Notes under the pieces: generated by a model
Seen by the model: the letters and a program-made list of their open reading frames with translations, nothing else
The model's database searches: none
What the model was told of the DNA's origin: nothing
Program-made: the position numbers and the translations under genes
Assembly (NCBI GenBank): GCA_016125385.1
Contig: WGLV01000021.1
Coordinates: forward strand, 31,429-95,428
Reading direction: 5' to 3'
Length of the DNA stretch: 64,000 nt
Origin: a bacterium
GTDB taxonomy: Bacteria; Hinthialibacterota; Hinthialibacteria; Hinthialibacterales; Hinthialibacteraceae
Shown here: positions 60,215-64,000 of the stretch, one piece after another
Layout of the letters: each line of letters starts with the position of its first letter
Numbering within the stretch: the stretch's first letter is position 1

Positions 60215-61528
60215 CTACAGCGCCCGATTACTCTTGCAGAGATTGACCTGAATGATGGTATCGACCGGTTCAAGAAGGTCGTCCGGCACGAAGACCGCGC
60301 CGCTTTCGCCGCCGTTGATAATGCGCAGGCGTTTGCTGGCGCCATGATAGGGATGGGCGGATTTGATCACGTATCCCGTGATGTTGGGGATGGTGATCAT
60401 TCCGCCGGGAGACGAAAACACGTGAAGATACAGCGTTTCGCCGTCAATGGTTGATGTTCCCCAATCGGCTTTGCCGATCGGGCCGCCGCGAGTTCCGTAG
60501 ATGGTTTTGCCGTTTTTATCGAGCCACTGGCCCACTTGACGCAAACGCTCGACCGCCTCGGGCTGAATTTCACCCAGCGAGGTCGGCCCCACGTTGAGCA
60601 GCAGGTTGGCGTTCAACCCGGCCGCGTTCACCAGGTAGTGAATGATCTCTTCCGTTGATTTAAAGTTGTGGTCGTTCTGGTTATAGCCCCATGAATGGTT
60701 CATGGTCATGCACATTTCGAGCGGGAGATGGCTGACATCGGCCTCGTTAAAGCCGGCGGTGTTCTGTCCGGGCAGATCCTGCTCGAAATTCTGAAAGTTT
60801 TCGCCGGGGTTAGGCTTCTGATGATGGTTGTTGCCGATCAACGCGCCGGGTTGCAGTTCATGGATCATGGAGTACAGCTCGTTCAGCTTCCAATCGGCGC
60901 CGGGGCGGTCCCACCAGCCGTCGAACCAGATTCCACCGATATCGCCGTAATTGGTGCAGAGTTCACGGACCTGGCCGAAGTGATAATCGAGGTAGCGGTT
61001 CCAGTCGCCCCAGTCGGGCCGCCCGCTGGCCTGTCCGGTGCGGCCGCGAGGGTAGTAATCGGGATGATGCCAGTCGAGTTGCGAATAGTAGAAGAAGAGT
61101 TTCAAGCCATACTTGTCGCAGGCTTTTTTCAATTCGGCCATGACGTCGCGGCCAAACGGGGTGTTCATGATGTCATAATCGGTTAATTTCGAATCATACA
61201 TGCAGAAACCATCATGATGTTTTGACGTGATGGTAATGTATTTCATGCCGGCGTCTCTGGCGATTCTGCACCATTCATCGGCGTTGAAACGGACGGGATT
61301 GAACTGGGGATAAAGTTTTTCATATTCTTCGATGGTCATCTTGTCATTGTTCATCACCCACTCGCCCTTCGCCAGGATCGAGTAGACGCCCCAATGGATG
61401 AACATGCCGAATTTGGCGTCTTGAAACCATTCCTGCGATTTTTCAATCGCCTTCGTCTCTGAAAACGCGGTCCCCACGGACGCCATCGCGATCAGGCAGG
61501 CGGCCATCACAAGCATCATCCGTTTCAT
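60215..61528 (-). CDS. Alpha-L-fucosidase, GH29, secreted
   Basis: The signal peptide starts at an internal M (MKRMMLVMAACLIAMASVGTAFS). FGMFIHWGVYS is the hallmark GH29 motif. Confidence 0.8.
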   Translation of the reverse strand: MKRMMLVMAACLIAMASVGTAFSETKAIEKSQEWFQDAKFGMFIHWGVYSILAKGEWVMNNDKMTIEEYEKLYPQFNPVRFNADEWCRIARDAGMKYITITSKHHDGFCMYDSKLTDYDIMNTPFGRDVMAELKKACDKYGLKLFFYYSQLDWHHPDYYPRGRTGQASGRPDWGDWNRYLDYHFGQVRELCTNYGDIGGIWFDGWWDRPGADWKLNELYSMIHELQPGALIGNNHHQKPNPGENFQNFEQDLPGQNTAGFNEADVSHLPLEMCMTMNHSWGYNQNDHNFKSTEEIIHYLVNAAGLNANLLLNVGPTSLGEIQPEAVERLRQVGQWLDKNGKTIYGTRGGPIGKADWGTSTIDGETLYLHVFSSPGGMITIPNITGYVIKSAHPYHGASKRLRIINGGESGAVFVPDDLLEPVDTIIQVNLCKSNRAL

Positions 61529-61703
61529 CGAGTTACTCCTTACTTTTTTTGTGGATATATACAATGCAGAGCATGAAGTTTCCATTCAAACCGTGCTACA
61601 TTGTCCGCGAAATCGTCCAGCCGTCCAGACGCGGCGCGCAGCGAACCGGCATTCAACTTTACCACGGGCTCCCCGGTCCATCCAACAACGACGGAGACAC
61701 GCC

Positions 61704-62195
61704 ATGATCTTCCATATCGACGAAACCGCGCGCTGGAAGCCGCTGATCGATCACTCGCGCCGCACCGGGCTGACCATCGCCTCCACCAACGGGACGTTCG
61801 ACATCGTTCACGCCGGGCATATCCGCCTGTTGAGGGCGGCGCGCGCGCAAGGCGACCTGCTGGTCGTGGGGCTCAACAGCGACCGATCGGTAAAAGCCTA
61901 TAAAAGCGAAAAACGCCCCATCGTTCCCCAGCAGGAACGCGCGGAGATCATCGCCGCGATGCGTTACGTCGACATGGTGCTGATATTCGACGAACCGGAA
62001 AGCGCGCGTTTCGTGCGGGAACTGCAACCGGACGTTCACGTCAAGGATTCAACTTATGGATACGACCTGCTCGAAGCGCCCATCGTGGCTGAATATGGCG
62101 GGAAGATTCACCTGATCGACAAGGACGACCGCTCAACCACCAACATCATCAAAAAAGTGATCGAAATCTACCGCGACGACCCCGCCTGCCTCTGA
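61704..62195 (+). CDS. Cytidylyl/adenylyltransferase-family protein (RfaE domain II / TagD-like)
   Basis: The internal ATG at 61704 gives NGTFDIVHAGHIRLL, which matches the (H/T)xGH nucleotidyltransferase motif. The mature protein is about 165 aa. Confidence 0.65.
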   Translation: MIFHIDETARWKPLIDHSRRTGLTIASTNGTFDIVHAGHIRLLRAARAQGDLLVVGLNSDRSVKAYKSEKRPIVPQQERAEIIAAMRYVDMVLIFDEPESARFVRELQPDVHVKDSTYGYDLLEAPIVAEYGGKIHLIDKDDRSTTNIIKKVIEIYRDDPACL

Positions 62196-62217
62196 CGAAT
62201 TCTCATTTCAAATCAAT

Positions 62218-63564
62218 TTAAAAGCGGCTTTTTTCGGTTTTCCGTTTATAGGAGAGCAACTCACGGGCGGCGTTGATTCCGCTCACCACGGCGCCCTCGA
62301 TGGTCGCGGGCAGGCCGGTCTGCGTCCAGTCGCCCGCGAGAAAGAAGTTTTTCAATGCGGTGGGAGGCAGAGGACGTTTGGCCTCGTTGGCGGGCGTACA
62401 GGAGAAGGTGGCGCGCGGCTCCCAGAACACCGATGAAAGCACCGGCGCGGCGGGCGTGGAATCGGGATACACGCGTTGCAGGTCATCCATGGCGCGGCGC
62501 ACGATCTCGTCGCGCGTCAGCCCCTGCAGGCGGCGCGCGGCGCTGGCCACCAGGCATACGCAGGCGCTGGAATGCTCGCCCGCTTCCATGAAGTTGGCGC
62601 GGTGAAACGCCCACTCAAAAGTGCAGTTCTGTAAACAGCAGAACGCCTCGCTGGCGATGGGTGAATCAAACCACAGGTACACGCTGAGAATCGACGACTC
62701 GCCCAGCTGAGGCAGGCGGATGAGCGTCTCCAGCCCGGCGCGCAACAGCACCTTGCGCAGTTGTTCGGGCGTGGCCGCTGAAATCGCGAACCGGCACGGC
62801 AGGCGTTCGCCGCTGGCCAGCATCACCGCCTGCAGTTCGTTGTTGCGCCATTCCATCGAGGCCGCTTTTTCGCCCATCCGAACCGTTCCGCCGCGCTCTT
62901 CGAGATAGCGAACCGCCGCTTCGCCATGCAGCGCGGCGAGCCGCCTGACCGGCAGACCGATGCGCGAATCGCGAGCGGCGCCCATGAACCCCTGCTTCAT
63001 AACCCCGGCGAGCAGACTGGCGTCGGCGACGGAGGTTTCTTCATTCAGCGCGGAAAGAGCGATCGGATCCCACAGGCGCTGGCGTAAAGCGAGCGGTTGT
63101 TTCATCCGCGAGGCAAACTGGTGTACGGTTTCGTTTTTACGCGGCCCGGCGGTCCGTAACGCCAGGCCGTATTTCACCGCGGCCCACTTGTCTTTGGGCT
63201 TCAGCGTCTTCATGTTCGCCAGGCCGGCCAGCAGGTGCAACGGCCCCGGCAGCGCGGGGCAGCGCAGTTCGTCATACAAACCGCCGGGCCCGCGGTAAAT
63301 AACTTCGAGGCGCTTTTGAAAGTTCACGGCGCCGTCGGTTTTCAACTTGCGCAACAGCGCCATCGTTTTGTGATAACACCCCATCAGCACGTGCTGGCCG
63401 TTATCGATCCAGTCTCCGGTTTCGCGATGGGGAACGGAATACACCCGCCCGCCGAGATGCTCTTTCTGTTCGAGCAGACAGACCTGCAAACCCGCGTCGG
63501 CCAGTTGAACCGCCGCCGACACGCCCGCGAACCCGCCTCCAATCACGACGACGTCTACGACCAT
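62218..63564 (-). CDS. hpnE: FAD-dependent amine-oxidase-family desaturase, hydroxysqualene dehydroxylase (HpnE)-like
   Basis: The N-terminus VVVIGGGFAGVSAAVQLADAGLQVCLLE is an FAD dinucleotide-binding motif. Its start overlaps the stop of the upstream squalene/phytoene synthase family gene. Confidence 0.55.
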   Translation of the reverse strand: MVVDVVVIGGGFAGVSAAVQLADAGLQVCLLEQKEHLGGRVYSVPHRETGDWIDNGQHVLMGCYHKTMALLRKLKTDGAVNFQKRLEVIYRGPGGLYDELRCPALPGPLHLLAGLANMKTLKPKDKWAAVKYGLALRTAGPRKNETVHQFASRMKQPLALRQRLWDPIALSALNEETSVADASLLAGVMKQGFMGAARDSRIGLPVRRLAALHGEAAVRYLEERGGTVRMGEKAASMEWRNNELQAVMLASGERLPCRFAISAATPEQLRKVLLRAGLETLIRLPQLGESSILSVYLWFDSPIASEAFCCLQNCTFEWAFHRANFMEAGEHSSACVCLVASAARRLQGLTRDEIVRRAMDDLQRVYPDSTPAAPVLSSVFWEPRATFSCTPANEAKRPLPPTALKNFFLAGDWTQTGLPATIEGAVVSGINAARELLSYKRKTEKSRF

Positions 63565-64000
63565 GAGAGGGCGCCTTGCAGCCGGGCGGTCATCCAGATG
63601 CGGAGCGCGATGGCCATTTTGACCGGATTGGGCACACGCACTCGGGTTTCATACACGTTATAGTCGGCGGCGGCGATGCGCCGCAGCAGGCTGTGATAGA
63701 TTTTCCCCATGATTTCAGCCGGAAACAGAAACGGGTGATCGCGGCGTTCATACAGCCGCGCCGCTTCGGCGTAAAAGCCGGAAGCGCGCTGTTCCTGATA
63801 TTTCATCAGCTCGACGAAGTTCGGCGAGTAGGTCTCTTTCATCAAGTCATCCTCGGAATATCCGAAGCGTTCAAGGTCTTCGGCGGGTAAATAAATGCGC
63901 CCGTTGCGGGCGTCTTCGCCCACGTCGCGCATAATGTTGGTGAGTTGCAGCGCCATGCCCAGATTGACCGCGTAGTCTTTGGCGGTTTCGGAGCGATAGC
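63555..64000 (-). CDS. Squalene/phytoene synthase family protein (HpnD/HpnC-like), 3' part only; the gene continues beyond the window end
   Basis: The frame stays open to position 64000. YAVNLGMALQLTNIMRDVGEDARNGRIYLP matches the conserved QxTNIxRDxxED motif. Only the C-terminal part lies in the window. Confidence 0.7.
   Translation of the reverse strand, partial: YRSETAKDYAVNLGMALQLTNIMRDVGEDARNGRIYLPAEDLERFGYSEDDLMKETYSPNFVELMKYQEQRASGFYAEAARLYERRDHPFLFPAEIMGKIYHSLLRRIAAADYNVYETRVRVPNPVKMAIALRIWMTARLQGALSWS

Overview
This 64 kb window comes from a high-GC bacterial chromosome (most genes about 62-66% GC) that is densely coding on both strands. Three features point to the Planctomycetota / PVC-like lineage, but none is decisive: a prepilin-type N-terminal methylation protein of the DUF1559 kind, a stand-alone BMC-H shell protein, and hopanoid/squalene genes (hpnE, hpnD-like). 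From start to end I can support the following:

- A glycan-modification cluster: a SAM-dependent methyltransferase, two GT4 glycosyltransferases, an AsnB-family amidotransferase and a DegT-family aminotransferase.
- xth and an alpha/beta hydrolase whose 3' ends overlap convergently.
- Two tandem tRNA-Ser genes on the minus strand, with anticodons GCU and UGA.
- Two tandem paralogous secreted matrixin-like (HEFGHxxGLDH plus Met-turn) zinc proteases. The second ends in a Pro/Thr linker and a dockerin-like module.
- An acyl-CoA synthetase, two metallophosphoesterases, a DUF2961 protein and a SMUG-type uracil-DNA glycosylase.
- Further GT4 and GT2 glycosyltransferases.
- A dtxR-feoA-feoB operon followed by a small Cys-rich peptide gene.
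- A fused cobA/hemD gene.
- A TAT-signal Gfo/Idh/MocA oxidoreductase.
- FGGY kinases (xylulokinase-like and ribulokinase), a GT39 membrane glycosyltransferase, and an FG-GAP/dockerin surface protein.
- uvrB and a sigma-54 response regulator.
- A low-GC, horizontally acquired type II R-M pair.
- A TPR protein, a roughly 1800-aa C25 (gingipain/clostripain)-like giant secreted protein, and argC.
- A split transketolase, a GH29 fucosidase, a cytidylyltransferase, and hpnE plus the start of an hpnD/C-like squalene-synthase-family gene.

The most unusual structure lies in the intergenic DNA. A dispersed family of repeats built from three hairpin types sits at four or more loci (about 28.8-29.35 kb, 33.74 kb, 35.44-36.2 kb and 58.08-58.27 kb). 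The 35.44-36.2 kb locus also holds a roughly 430-bp tandem duplication. In it the hairpin stems differ between copies only by compensatory (base-pair-preserving) substitutions, while a roughly 100-nt core is identical.

I ran no database searches. All functional calls rest on protein motifs I recognised in the supplied translations.
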